The translations under genes were made by a program, and so were the position numbers. Of a DNA stretch of 32,390 bases, positions 1 to 9,128 are shown piece by piece; within the stretch, counting starts at the first letter, position 1, and every line of letters starts with the position of its first letter. Where the stretch lies: NCBI GenBank assembly GCA_037441385.1, contig JBBISH010000077.1, positions 1 to 32,390 on the forward strand, given 5' to 3'. This DNA is from Myxococcales bacterium (GTDB taxonomy: Bacteria; Myxococcota_A; UBA9042). The notes below the pieces were generated by a model. That model made no database searches. It was not told the origin of the DNA and saw only the letters and a program-made list of their open reading frames with translations.

Positions 1-43
1 TGACGAGGTGCAGAAGACTGGGGTCGTACAGACGAATCGGCAT
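1..43 (-). CDS. Possible 5' end of a gene running off the left edge (MPIRLYDPSLLHLV...)
   Basis: ATG at 43-41 on the minus strand, open to the window edge, co-directional with rplI. Too short to identify. Confidence 0.3.
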   Translation of the reverse strand, partial: MPIRLYDPSLLHLV

Positions 44-245
44 GGCGGTCCCCGCGGGCACTCCTGGCTCGCTGATCAGGTGATCGATGCGAGCGCGGGT
101 TTTGCCGCGGGTCTGGGCGAAAATAGTTGTCGGCCACTCCACCTCCGAAGCTTCCAGGTAAGTCGGACCCAATAAATTCAACGGGTAGAAATTGCCCCCC
201 AACCCGAGCGAACCCGCCCGGCGGTGATCAGGTCCCAAATGCCAA

Positions 246-277
246 CGGCCCGCCCAAGGTCTCCCCTGGACGGGCCG
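246..277 (-). terminator. Probable terminator hairpin after rplI
   Basis: Minus strand CGGCCCGTCCAGG-ggaga-CCTTGGGCGGGCCG stem-loop about 30 nt after the rplI stop, followed by a weak U-tract (TTGGCATTT). Confidence 0.5.
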
Positions 278-308
278 CTCGCGGACTTTGCCGTTGCCGG
301 ACGGGAGC

Positions 309-755
309 TTACTCCGCCGCGGTCACCGTCAGGGTCACCTTGGCCGTCACATCGTGGTGCAGCTTGATGGTGACCGGGTACTCACCCACGGTGCGGATGT
401 TGTCGGGCAGGACGATGTCGCGGCGGTCGACCAGGTGCCCGGCTTCCGCCAACAGGTCGGCGACGTCGCGCGCCGTGATCGAGCCGAACAGCTTGCCTTC
501 CTCGCCAGCATGCTTGGCGATGGTCAGCTTGACGTCCGACATCTTCTTGGCGTCCTCGCTGGCCACAGCCTTCGCCTTGGCCAGACGCGCCGCCGCCACC
601 CGCTTGTTGTGCTCCATCTGGCGCACGTTGCGCTCGTCGGCCTGAATGGCCAGCTTGCGCGGCAGCAGGAAGTTGCGACCGAAGCCGTCGGCCACTTCGA
701 GCACGTCGCCGATCTTGCCCACGTTGGGCACGTTTTCGCGCAGAATTACCTTCAT
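309..755 (-). CDS. rplI: 50S ribosomal protein L9
   Basis: MKVILRENVPNVGKIGDVLEVADGFGRNFLLP N-terminus and GKLFGSIT motif; AAGGAGG RBS; follows rpsF-rpsR. Confidence 0.98.
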   Translation of the reverse strand: MKVILRENVPNVGKIGDVLEVADGFGRNFLLPRKLAIQADERNVRQMEHNKRVAAARLAKAKAVASEDAKKMSDVKLTIAKHAGEEGKLFGSITARDVADLLAEAGHLVDRRDIVLPDNIRTVGEYPVTIKLHHDVTAKVTLTVTAAE

Positions 756-892
756 GGTGTCCTCCTTTGGGTTCCTGAATGCTCCGTATTTTCACTGCTT
801 CGCAATCGGAGCGGCGCAGCGGCCGTTAGGCCGGGCGCTTGCGACCCGCTTGGCAGCGAAATTGCGGTGCCACACTTCTACAGGAACCCCCC

Positions 893-1144
893 TTAATCCG
901 CCGTAGCGCTGGAGTAGGGCATGAAGGCCATGATGCGCGCGCGCTTGATTTCGGTCTGCAGGCTGCGCTGGTGCATCGCGCACACGCCCGAAATACGCCG
1001 CGGCACAATCTTGCCGCGCTCCGAAATGAAGCGCTTCAACATGCTCGGGGTCTTGTAGTCGATGTACAGGGTCTTGTCGGCGCAGAAGGGGCACACCTTG
1101 CGGCGGCCAAAGCGGCGCTGACGCTGGGGCTCGGCGGGCTTCAT
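893..1144 (-). CDS. rpsR: 30S ribosomal protein S18 (Zn-binding Cys form)
   Basis: RRKVCPFC...IDYK...[27 protein letters not shown] motifs; start overlaps the rpsF stop (ATGA). Confidence 0.98.
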   Translation of the reverse strand: MKPAEPQRQRRFGRRKVCPFCADKTLYIDYKTPSMLKRFISERGKIVPRRISGVCAMHQRSLQTEIKRARIMAFMPYSSATAD

Positions 1145-1602
1145 GCTACCTCCTCGTCGTCCATGTCCACGTCGTCGTCGTCGTCATCGCGGCGGCGACC
1201 ATCCATCGGCCGACGAAGATACTGATCTTCTTCGTCTTCCTCGCGCTCGGGCGTCAGGCCCTCCACGCGCTTCTTCTCGGTCTCCAGGTCGAAGTCGGTG
1301 TCCTGCTTCAGACCGGTGAGGCACACCGTCTGGTAGCGGATCACGTCGCCGCTGATGCGCAGCTGACGCTCGAGCTCCTTGATGAAACCGGGCACGGCGA
1401 TGAAGCCGAAGTACCAGTAATTGCCTTTCTTCTGCTTGGCGATTTCGTAGGCCAGCTTGCGCTTGCCCCAATCGGCCAACTTGATCTCGACACCGCCCAT
1501 CGTCTCGAGGGACTTGACCAAGCGCTGGTGGAGTTTCTCCACCACGTCGGCCTCGACGTCCACGCGAGTGATGAACAGCGTCTCGTACATCCTGACGAGC
1601 AT
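1141..1602 (-). CDS. rpsF: 30S ribosomal protein S6 with acidic C-terminal tail
   Basis: YETLFI...[15 protein letters not shown]...[13 protein letters not shown]. Start placed at ATG 1602, downstream of a GAGGAG RBS. Confidence 0.97.
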   Translation of the reverse strand: MLVRMYETLFITRVDVEADVVEKLHQRLVKSLETMGGVEIKLADWGKRKLAYEIAKQKKGNYWYFGFIAVPGFIKELERQLRISGDVIRYQTVCLTGLKQDTDFDLETEKKRVEGLTPEREEDEEDQYLRRPMDGRRRDDDDDDVDMDDEEVA

Positions 1603-1608
1603 GACGCT

Positions 1609-1693
1609 TCTCCTCACGGACCCGCGCACGAAATGTGCGCATTCGCCCAGGCTTTTGCGACCCCATCGGCCGCGCTGGCGCTGAGCAAGGAGA
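1609..1693 (-). promoter_or_regulatory. S6:S18-type autoregulatory leader upstream of rpsF
   Basis: Minus strand TCTCCTTG...CCGTGAGGAGA: the 5' arm pairs with the Shine-Dalgarno and a CCG lies immediately 5' of it, as in the known rpsF leader architecture. Confidence 0.7.
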
Positions 1694-1767
1694 CGGGACC
1701 AGCACTTCTGGCACCCGTCGGCGATCGTCCGGACAAGCCCGGAACGACCGTCGTTTTTTGCAAGGTT

Positions 1768-2505
1768 CTAGGTACCTTGCGGACCCTGCCGGTCTGGACT
1801 CGGCGGGCTCACTTGTTTGGGCGTACCCTCGGCTTTCGGAGCCTTGGGGGGTTTGGGAACGGTGTTGAACACGTTCATCGCCGCCGGCAAACCCAGCTGC
1901 ACCGCGGCTTCGACGGCTTGCACCGCCTTGTCCAACAGCGCCGGCAACTCCGCCCGATCACTGGGCGAAAACGGCGACAGCACCCAGTTGGCCACCGCGT
2001 CGTCGCCGCCCTTGACGGACGAACCGTCGCTGCCGGGCCGGCCGATGCCGATCCGCAGCCGGGCGAACTCGGGCGAGCCGAGCTGCGCCACCAGCGAGCG
2101 CAGGCCGTTGTGACCGCCGTGACCGCCGCCGACCTTGAGCTGGAGCTTGCCAAAAGGCAGGTCCAGCTCGTCGTGGATCACCAGCAGTTCCGCGGGCTTG
2201 AGCCCGTAGAACTGTGCCATCGCCTGGGTGGCGTGGCCCGACAGGTTCATGAACTGCAGCGGTTCGAGCAGGATCAAGTCGCGCTCGCCGCCCGGTCCGA
2301 TCAGGCGACCCCGGGCCAAATTGCCGTTGAATTTTCCAGACCAACTGGCGCCCAGGCGCTCGGCCAGGCGCTCGATGACCATGAAGCCCACGTTGTGGCG
2401 GGTGGCGGCGTACTGCTTGCCTGGGTTGCCCAGGCCGACGATCGCTTTGATCGCCGCGCCTTGGGGACTTGCACCCTTGCCTGGGTTGTTCGCCGCCACG
2501 GCCAC
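1768..2505 (-). CDS. pth: Peptidyl-tRNA hydrolase
   Basis: IVGLGNPG..Y..TRHNVGF, FMNLSG, HDELDLPFG, GGHNGLRS and RLRIGIGRP motifs; lies downstream of rplY. Exact start uncertain. Confidence 0.97.
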   Translation of the reverse strand: MAVAANNPGKGASPQGAAIKAIVGLGNPGKQYAATRHNVGFMVIERLAERLGASWSGKFNGNLARGRLIGPGGERDLILLEPLQFMNLSGHATQAMAQFYGLKPAELLVIHDELDLPFGKLQLKVGGGHGGHNGLRSLVAQLGSPEFARLRIGIGRPGSDGSSVKGGDDAVANWVLSPFSPSDRAELPALLDKAVQAVEAAVQLGLPAAMNVFNTVPKPPKAPKAEGTPKQVSPPSPDRQGPQGT

Positions 2506-2511
2506 AGTGGC

Positions 2512-3108
2512 TTACTTCTTCTTGGCCTTGGGGTCTTCGGCCGGCTTCTCTTCGACCTTGGGCGCGATGATCTCGAAGATCTTGAAGCTCTTCTTGAACA
2601 CCGGGGTAACGCCCTCGGGCAGCGGCAGGGTCTCGATGGTCATCAGCGTGCCGTTGTCGAACGGCGTCACGTCGATGTTCACACCGGTCGGCAGGGTCTG
2701 GGGCGTGCAGGCGACCTTGATGTAGCGGCTGACGTGCACCAGGCGACCACCGGCCTTTTGGCCGACCGAACGACCGCTCAGGGTCACCGGCAGGGTCACC
2801 ACCATGCGGGTATCAGCCTGCAGCACATGCAGATCGACATGCTGCAGCTGACGGGTCAGCGGGTGCAATTGCACTTCCTTGGCCAGGGCGAGGTAGTTTT
2901 CCCCCTCGAAGGCGACGCTGAAAATCTGGTTGCGGCCGTAGGCGCTCTGCAGGCCCTTGCGAACGGGCTGCGTCTCCAGGGCGATGGCGCGATTGCCAAA
3001 GGCCTTTCCGTAGAGAACACCGGGGAGCAAACCGGCGCGGCGCACCTTGTTGGCCACGTCGGAGCCGGCCAGGTGGCGCGGGCGAGCCGAGATCTGAACA
3101 GTATCCAT
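2512..3108 (-). CDS. rplY: 50S ribosomal protein L25/Ctc
   Basis: RRAGLLPGVLYG, KEVQLHPL...HVDL and G.K.GG motifs. Start at ATG 3108 after an AAGGA RBS. Confidence 0.95.
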   Translation of the reverse strand: MDTVQISARPRHLAGSDVANKVRRAGLLPGVLYGKAFGNRAIALETQPVRKGLQSAYGRNQIFSVAFEGENYLALAKEVQLHPLTRQLQHVDLHVLQADTRMVVTLPVTLSGRSVGQKAGGRLVHVSRYIKVACTPQTLPTGVNIDVTPFDNGTLMTIETLPLPEGVTPVFKKSFKIFEIIAPKVEEKPAEDPKAKKK

Positions 3109-3288
3109 AATCCATTCCTTACAGTCCGCCAGAAGCGGACGTGCGGCGCGGATGAGCACGGTGGGGTCCAGACAAGGGCCCGTGCCGTTGCGCCGTTACG
3201 TGCTGCGTGAGCTGGTGATCGCTGCGATCGCCAGTCTCTGCGGGGCTTGGCCTGGACACGCCAAGGTTGCCGCCGCAGCGGGCCGGGT

Positions 3289-3316
3289 ATTCTAGGGCTT
3301 GTTCTTGGAAAGTCAA
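3289..3316 (-). promoter_or_regulatory. Sigma70-type promoter for the rplY operon
   Basis: Minus strand TTGACT-N16-TAGAAT, close to the -35/-10 consensus, about 180 nt upstream of the rplY ATG. Confidence 0.75.
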
Positions 3317-3421
3317 CCGCATTTCCTTGCGGCGCCCGGCCCGCGCCGCCTGGTCGACTTGGTCCAACTCTTGCAATAGGATGAGGAGTAACCGGACCCT
3401 GCAACGGGTAGGCAGTACGGC

Positions 3422-5929
3422 ATGATCAGTGATCGCTCCAACTTGATCTGGTGGACCCGGCTGCAGGCCGGCGCAGTGGCCGTGGCGGTGCTGCTGGCGG
3501 TGGTAGGGGTGCTGGCCGCGCCGGGCTGTGGCGAGCCGGCGACCGGTTCGACCGACGCAACCCCGGCCAAGGCCGATGGAAGCAGCGCCGATACCGGGGG
3601 ACCAGACGCGGTTGCCGAAGTAGCTGACGCGAGCGCCGATGCGACAGGGACCGATGCGGCGGCCCAGGATGTCGCCGAAGTCGACCTGGCGGATGTTGCG
3701 CAACCTCCTGCGGATACTAGCGAAACCGCGCAAGACGTGGCGCCGATCGACGCGCAGGACACCAGCGCCGATGCGAACCCGGCCGAGACCAGCGCCGACG
3801 CGGCGATCGACGCGGCTCCAGTCCTGCTGCAGCTGGAAGTCACGGGACCCAAGGCCCTGAAAGGCAACCTGTATGTGCTGCGGTTCACCCCGGCGGACAT
3901 GCTGCAGACCGGCGGGCCGCCGCCCGAAGCGGCCAAGGTGGTCGCCAAGATCGCGGTCACCAGTTGGCCGTGGCAGGGCACACTGGATCTGCCCAAAGGG
4001 ACCTGGGTGCTGGGCGCGATCCTGGCCCCGGGCGACTTTGATCCCATGAACGCGCTGGCAATGGGCTTTGGCTGCACGGGCGGCAAATCCATCGCGGTGA
4101 ACGTGGACGCGGCGGGCGTGTCGCCCGCGAGCCTGAGCCTGGCGCTGCTGCCGATGGATCAGATGCCGTCGATCGCGACCTTGTGCGGCGGCGGATTGCT
4201 GGGGGCCGCTCCTACGTCGCTCTTTGCAGAGACATTTTCGTATGCGCCGCCCTCGACCCAGGCCGGCGGTGCGCACTTGCTCGATGCGGTCTGGAGCTTT
4301 GGCACGCTGTGGGTCGCCGGCCACCAAGACGGGTTCGTCAGTTTTGCCATCGACGGTGTGTCGACCCCCACCGGCAAGGCCGGCTGGCAGACCAACCCCA
4401 AGGGCCTGTGCTCGCGGCTGGAACCGGTGGGCGAGTGGATGGCCTGCACGTCGCGCCGGCCGGTGCTAGTGATGGCCAAGACCGACTTTAGTGCCGGCAA
4501 GCCAGCGGAATACGCCACACTTTTGCTGGCCGAGAACCAGTTGGTGGATGGCGTCTCCCTGCGCAACGATCGGCTGGTGATGGCCGTGCACGCCGCTGGC
4601 CTGGTGTCGCGCGCCGCGCTGCCGCCGTTCCAAGACGTGCCGCTGCCGGTGGCGGTCACCCTTGGCGACGCGTGGGACGTGCAACCCCTGGGCAACGACC
4701 ATCTGGTCGTGGCCGACGGCGCGGGCGGGCTGGTGGTGGCCGAGGTGGATGGGACGTGGCAGGTCAAGCTGGCGGGCAAGCTGGCGTTGTCGGGGCTGAG
4801 CACGGTGCTGGCGGTGACGGGGAGCCAAGTGCTGGTGGGCTCGGCGTCTGGGCGCCTGTCGCTGGTCGACGCGAGCGCGCCCAACCAACCGCTCTTGCAG
4901 TGGAGCATGGCGACCCCGTGGCCGGTGTACGGGGTGGGCACGGGCCAAGGCTTGGTGCTGGCGGCGGGCGGCGCGGCGCTGTGGGCCCTGGATCTGCCGG
5001 CCACGGGGGTGGTGACCCCCTTGCCGACCGTGCGCGATGCCGAGCGATCGTACCATTACGCCATGGATATCGACGCGGTGGGCTATGGCGCGGTGTCGGT
5101 CGAGTTCGCTTCGGTGCGGACGTTCAGCATCGATCCCAAGGCCGAGGTGGCGCCGCAGCTTTTGGCGCCCAAGACGATCTATGCCAAGCCCGCCACCGTG
5201 GGCGGTACCCTGGACGTGAAGCTGCACCTCTGGAGTGTGGGTAATCAACCCGTGCAAATCACTAGCGTATCCTGGCAGGAGGACCCCAGCCAAGGGGGAA
5301 ATCTGTTGCCGCTGATGGGCGCGCTGAAGATCGCCCCCTTCAGCTCGGACGTGGTGGCCCTGCAGGCGCCCAAGACCCTCAAGGGCGTGGGCAAGCACGT
5401 GCTCGTCGTCAAGTTGGATCCCCCGGCCGAGGTGGTGGTGCAGGTCAGCGAAAGCAGTCTGCTCCAGCCCGGCGATTCGCTGCCGCCGCTGCAGTACAAG
5501 GACGCTAGCGACAAGCTTTGGAATGTCAACGACTATCTCAAGGGCAAGCCCGGCGTGGTGCTGGTGGGCGCCCACAGCTGCCCGGTGGCCTTCCAAGCCA
5601 TCGCCGCCGTGACCCACGACCTCAGCGCGGCGGTGGCCAGCGACAGTGTGCGCGTGGTCGCCATCGATCCCTGGGACAAGCCCAGCGCGCTGCCCGAACT
5701 GGGCGCCGTCAAACCCAATTTCCCGGTGCTGTTTTCGCCGCTCACGACCAACGACGGGCACGACTACTCGTCGTTGCTGCAAGACGTGCTCCCGCAGCCC
5801 ACCGACAACGCCGCGCCGATGCCGCTCATCTACGTGGTCGATGCAAACGGCAAGATCGTCGATTGCCGGCAGGGCTACGAACCGATGACCGTGGCCATGG
5901 CGCTGACCGCCCTGGGCGCGACGCCCTGA
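3422..5929 (+). CDS. Lipoprotein with acidic linker, LVIVD-like beta-propeller repeats, Ig-like segment and C-terminal redoxin/thioredoxin-like domain
   Basis: Signal peptide ending LAAPGC; D/A/T-rich linker; repeats such as LVVADGAGGLVV and GRLSLVDASAP; C-terminal L.PGD.LP...KGKPGVVL..AHSCP...YVVDANGKI. Confidence 0.75.
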   Translation: MISDRSNLIWWTRLQAGAVAVAVLLAVVGVLAAPGCGEPATGSTDATPAKADGSSADTGGPDAVAEVADASADATGTDAAAQDVAEVDLADVAQPPADTSETAQDVAPIDAQDTSADANPAETSADAAIDAAPVLLQLEVTGPKALKGNLYVLRFTPADMLQTGGPPPEAAKVVAKIAVTSWPWQGTLDLPKGTWVLGAILAPGDFDPMNALAMGFGCTGGKSIAVNVDAAGVSPASLSLALLPMDQMPSIATLCGGGLLGAAPTSLFAETFSYAPPSTQAGGAHLLDAVWSFGTLWVAGHQDGFVSFAIDGVSTPTGKAGWQTNPKGLCSRLEPVGEWMACTSRRPVLVMAKTDFSAGKPAEYATLLLAENQLVDGVSLRNDRLVMAVHAAGLVSRAALPPFQDVPLPVAVTLGDAWDVQPLGNDHLVVADGAGGLVVAEVDGTWQVKLAGKLALSGLSTVLAVTGSQVLVGSASGRLSLVDASAPNQPLLQWSMATPWPVYGVGTGQGLVLAAGGAALWALDLPATGVVTPLPTVRDAERSYHYAMDIDAVGYGAVSVEFASVRTFSIDPKAEVAPQLLAPKTIYAKPATVGGTLDVKLHLWSVGNQPVQITSVSWQEDPSQGGNLLPLMGALKIAPFSSDVVALQAPKTLKGVGKHVLVVKLDPPAEVVVQVSESSLLQPGDSLPPLQYKDASDKLWNVNDYLKGKPGVVLVGAHSCPVAFQAIAAVTHDLSAAVASDSVRVVAIDPWDKPSALPELGAVKPNFPVLFSPLTTNDGHDYSSLLQDVLPQPTDNAAPMPLIYVVDANGKIVDCRQGYEPMTVAMALTALGATP

Positions 5930-5952
5930 TCCCTTTCTACCCAAGGACTTCC

Positions 5953-6636
5953 ATGCACTCGCCTCGCCTACTCTCTGCCGCCCTCGTCTTGGCTAGCCTG
6001 ACCGTTTCCTCTTGGGCGCACGCTGGCAAACCCGCGGGCAGGCCAGCCAAGCCTGCGGCAGCTACGACCGAGCCAGCCAAGCCTGTGGCGGCCAAGCCCG
6101 AACCCGCCAAACCCGAGGCAGGCAAGCCAGAGGCGGCCAAGCCGGCCACCCCCGACCGCGAGCTCGCCAAGCTGGTGACGCAGACCGCCAAGGCACTGAA
6201 CTCGCAACCTGCCGCCGGGCAACCCGATCTGGCGCTGGCGGTGCTGGTGTCGCTGGCACGCAGTGCGGTGGTGTCGGCGCTGCACGGTCACTTTGCGCTG
6301 GTGGGTCTGGGTCAGTCGCTGCGCAGCGGCGGCATGGCGGCGGCCGAAGTGGGCACCATGGCCACCAGCATGGCGCAAAATTACCAAGGTTTGGCCGAGG
6401 CTTACGGGGTCTTGGCCGGTCAGAAAAGCTTCGATCCCGAACTGGCGAGCTTGTTCCGCTCGGTACAAGTGCTGTCGCAGCACGCCAATCAGACGGCGCT
6501 GGCGCTGGCGGCGTACGCGGCCGCGCCGAACGAGGCCAACCGAATCAAGGCCTTTGAAGATGCGCTGGAGGACTACCGCGGCCGCGTGCAAGCGCTGTTC
6601 GCCCAGCTGGAGCAGGGGGCGCAGCAAAACCCGTAG
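5953..6636 (+). CDS. Secreted hypothetical protein with Pro/Ala/Lys linker and helical domain
   Basis: ATG 5953 after AAGGA; signal peptide ending WAHA; EPAKP-type repeats; typical codon usage. The longer upstream ORF extension overlaps the previous gene. Confidence 0.75.
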   Translation: MHSPRLLSAALVLASLTVSSWAHAGKPAGRPAKPAAATTEPAKPVAAKPEPAKPEAGKPEAAKPATPDRELAKLVTQTAKALNSQPAAGQPDLALAVLVSLARSAVVSALHGHFALVGLGQSLRSGGMAAAEVGTMATSMAQNYQGLAEAYGVLAGQKSFDPELASLFRSVQVLSQHANQTALALAAYAAAPNEANRIKAFEDALEDYRGRVQALFAQLEQGAQQNP

Positions 6637-6645
6637 CCGCGCGGC

Positions 6646-7248
6646 CTACTGACGCACCAGCACGAAGTAGTGGTCCAGGGCCTTTTCGCCCTTGTAGGCC
6701 GCGCCGATGGTCACGAACGCGCTGACCTTGCGCATGAAATCGCGGGTGCCGTTGTAGACAAAGAACTGCAGTCCGCGCGTGTTGGGCACGACCTTGGGCC
6801 AGCCCGGCACCACCTCGCCGTCCGGCACCTGGAAATAGTCGACCACCACGCCGCCGCGCTCGGCCCACTCGGGGCGGTCGGCGGTGCCGTAAGCCACGAA
6901 ATAGCCTGGGCCAATCAGCGGCCGGGTCGAGCCCTCGTTGAAGCCGAACAGGCGCGGCGAGCCGTCGGCCGGCCGACACATGGGCTTTTGGAAGACCTTC
7001 CATGGCGGCGGCAGCGGCAGGGTGTTCTTGCCCTCTTGCACCACCATGGTCAGCGGCGGCGTCGACGCGGGGACCAGGTCGTCCACGGTCACGTGGGGCG
7101 ACGCCAAGTCAAACAGCTTGAGCTGATCGGCGCGGCCCAGGCTGCGGCACTCGGCCAGGCGGTCGGCGGGCGACAGCGTGTCGAGATAGTTGGACAAATC
7201 CTGCAGAGTCGCGCCATTTTGCAGGCGCTCGCGGAGCGTCGCGGACAC
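6646..7248 (-). CDS. Hypothetical protein (200 aa, globular)
   Basis: GTG start with AGGAGG RBS; high GC3; composition of a folded domain. No family recognised. Confidence 0.8.
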   Translation of the reverse strand: MSATLRERLQNGATLQDLSNYLDTLSPADRLAECRSLGRADQLKLFDLASPHVTVDDLVPASTPPLTMVVQEGKNTLPLPPPWKVFQKPMCRPADGSPRLFGFNEGSTRPLIGPGYFVAYGTADRPEWAERGGVVVDYFQVPDGEVVPGWPKVVPNTRGLQFFVYNGTRDFMRKVSAFVTIGAAYKGEKALDHYFVLVRQ

Positions 7249-7293
7249 AGAAACCTCCTGGGAATACCGGCCGTTCAGGGGTGGGCCCGGCGG

Positions 7294-9030
7294 CTACTCC
7301 GTGGGGACCGCCGGCACCTTGGCGCGCGGCTTGCGATCCTCCAACGGGTCTTCGTAGTACGGTTTGGCGGGGTTGCCCGGCTTGGCTTTGCCAGGCTCGG
7401 GTTTGGCCGGCTCGGCCGGCTTGGCTTCTGGTTTGGGTTCCGGCCCCGGTTCCGGTCCCGGTTTCGGCCCCGGCTTGCCGGCCTTGCCCGCCTTGGGGTC
7501 TTGGCCTGCCTTGGCCCCCTTGCCCGCCTTGCCGCCCTTGCCGGGCTTGGCAGGTGGGGTCGCGGGCACGACCGGAGCGGGCTCCGGCGCCGCCTCGACC
7601 ACCGGGGTGGCCGGCTTGGGCGGCTCCAGCGCGGCCGGAGCGTCGCCAGGCTTGACGTCGGGGCAGCCGTCGCCATCTTCAAAACCATTGAAGTTCTCTG
7701 GTTGTTTCGGGCAAAGGTCGTCTTTGTCCAGGATCCCGTCGCCGTCGTTGTCGGGGTCCGGGCAGCCGTCGTCGTCGTCGTGCGCGTCCAGGTCCTCGGC
7801 CTGGTTGGGGCAGGCGTCCTTGGCATCGGCAATGCCGTCGCCGTCGTTGTCGGGGTCCGGGCAGCCGTCGTCGTCCTGGAAGCCATCCAGGTCCTCGGCC
7901 AGCCGGCGGCACTTGTCGACCGTGTCCGGCACGCCGTCGCCGTCGTCGTCCAGATCCGGGCAGCCGTCGCCGTCCTCGAATCCGTCTTTGTCTTCGGCTT
8001 GTTCGGGGCACTTGTCCACGCGGTCGTCCAGGCCATCCAGGTCGACGTCGCTGGGCATCGCGCTGGGCACGATCCGGACGCCCGCCCACAAGCGCAGGGC
8101 CGCCGCGCCGGGACCGCCGCTGGGCGAGCCACCCACCATCGCAAGTCCGTGCAGCCACGGCGTAAAGGCGTAGTCGCCCGTCACGGCCGCGTCGACCACC
8201 CCCTGGCTGCTGGCCACGGTGTCGACGAGGGGCAGCGCCGCAGCCAGCTCGCCGCGCACCAGCAGCAGGTCATCGAGCAGCTGCCGACCCACCGCCGCGC
8301 CCGCGCGGAATTGCGAGCCGCTGCGCAGGGCTACAAAGCTCTGGCCGGCGATCGGCACCGAGTTGCCGTCCAGCGGGTGCAAGACCAGCTCTTGGGTCGG
8401 GCTCCAGCGGCCGCCCAACGCCAGGTCGCCGCGCCACGGCCCCCAGTTGCCCGAAGCGAGCAGGTCCAGGCCCAAGGCGCCCGCGCCGCCTTGCCAATTG
8501 CCCGCGCTCGCCGTAGGCAGGATCGCGTCCACGGCGGTGGCGAAGGCCAGTTCGCCGCCCAAGGCGGGGCCGTGCCACCAGTGCTTGCGCCCTTCCAGGC
8601 GCAGGTCGCCCAGCGCCGGACCACTGGGAAGAGTCTGCAATTGCGCCAAATTCGGACCGCCGCCGCGGATGACGCCCGCCACGGGCAGCGTCGCACCCAC
8701 GGCCCAGTCGCTGGGCAGCGCCACATAGGCGCCCAGGTGCAGCATCGCCAGGTCGCCCACCACGGTCTGGCGCTGGCCCGCGGCCGAAAAGCTCAAAGGT
8801 TGCCGTTGGTAATCCAGCGAGCCCTGCAGCGACCAGGTGTAGGCGGCCTGACCGCGCGCCGAGCGCAGCAGCAAGGAATCGCCAGGCGCGGCGCTGGCAT
8901 GCACGGTCTGCACGTCGATAGCCGGCACCGACTGGGCCTGCGCGGCCGCAGCCGACCCCGCCGCCAGGGCGAGGGCCAGCCATCCGGTCAGCGCGCGGGG
9001 CCAAACACGAGAGAGTCCAGGTGGATTCAT
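7294..9030 (-). CDS. Outer-membrane beta-barrel-like protein with thrombospondin type-3 (Ca-binding) repeats and Pro/Lys-rich tail
   Basis: Signal peptide (AAAQAQS); alternating beta-strand region with ALGDLRL motif; DxDxDGxxDxxDxCP / EDxDGFxDxDGCP repeats. Start at 9030 preferred over 9072. Confidence 0.82.
   Translation of the reverse strand: MNPPGLSRVWPRALTGWLALALAAGSAAAAQAQSVPAIDVQTVHASAAPGDSLLLRSARGQAAYTWSLQGSLDYQRQPLSFSAAGQRQTVVGDLAMLHLGAYVALPSDWAVGATLPVAGVIRGGGPNLAQLQTLPSGPALGDLRLEGRKHWWHGPALGGELAFATAVDAILPTASAGNWQGGAGALGLDLLASGNWGPWRGDLALGGRWSPTQELVLHPLDGNSVPIAGQSFVALRSGSQFRAGAAVGRQLLDDLLLVRGELAAALPLVDTVASSQGVVDAAVTGDYAFTPWLHGLAMVGGSPSGGPGAAALRLWAGVRIVPSAMPSDVDLDGLDDRVDKCPEQAEDKDGFEDGDGCPDLDDDGDGVPDTVDKCRRLAEDLDGFQDDDGCPDPDNDGDGIADAKDACPNQAEDLDAHDDDDGCPDPDNDGDGILDKDDLCPKQPENFNGFEDGDGCPDVKPGDAPAALEPPKPATPVVEAAPEPAPVVPATPPAKPGKGGKAGKGAKAGQDPKAGKAGKPGPKPGPEPGPEPKPEAKPAEPAKPEPGKAKPGNPAKPYYEDPLEDRKPRAKVPAVPTE
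7655..8050 (-). repeat. Four tandem TSP3 repeat pairs of about 99 bp (coding)
   Basis: Recurrent GCCGTCGTTGTCGGGGTCCGGGCAGCCGTCG units encoding DGCPDPDNDG. Bounds approximate. Confidence 0.8.
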
Positions 9031-9128
9031 GGTGTCCTGCCGCGGCAATTCGGCCCAGGCCAGGCGAGCCATGCAGCGTGGCCGCAGTTTCGACCGGGGC
9101 GGTCAGCGCGTCAACGGCTTGGGAGCCT

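Noticed and set aside
3200..3245. GACTGGCGA on the minus strand, resembling a ZTP (pfl) riboswitch start
   Set aside because: The downstream CCACCGGGGAGC and GCCCGCCTGGGC elements are absent, and rplY is not a typical ZTP-regulated gene.
3160..3300. tRNA-Gln or prs, often found upstream of rplY
   Set aside because: No cloverleaf, T-loop (GTTCGA) or Prs-like ORF; the region is a promoter plus leader.
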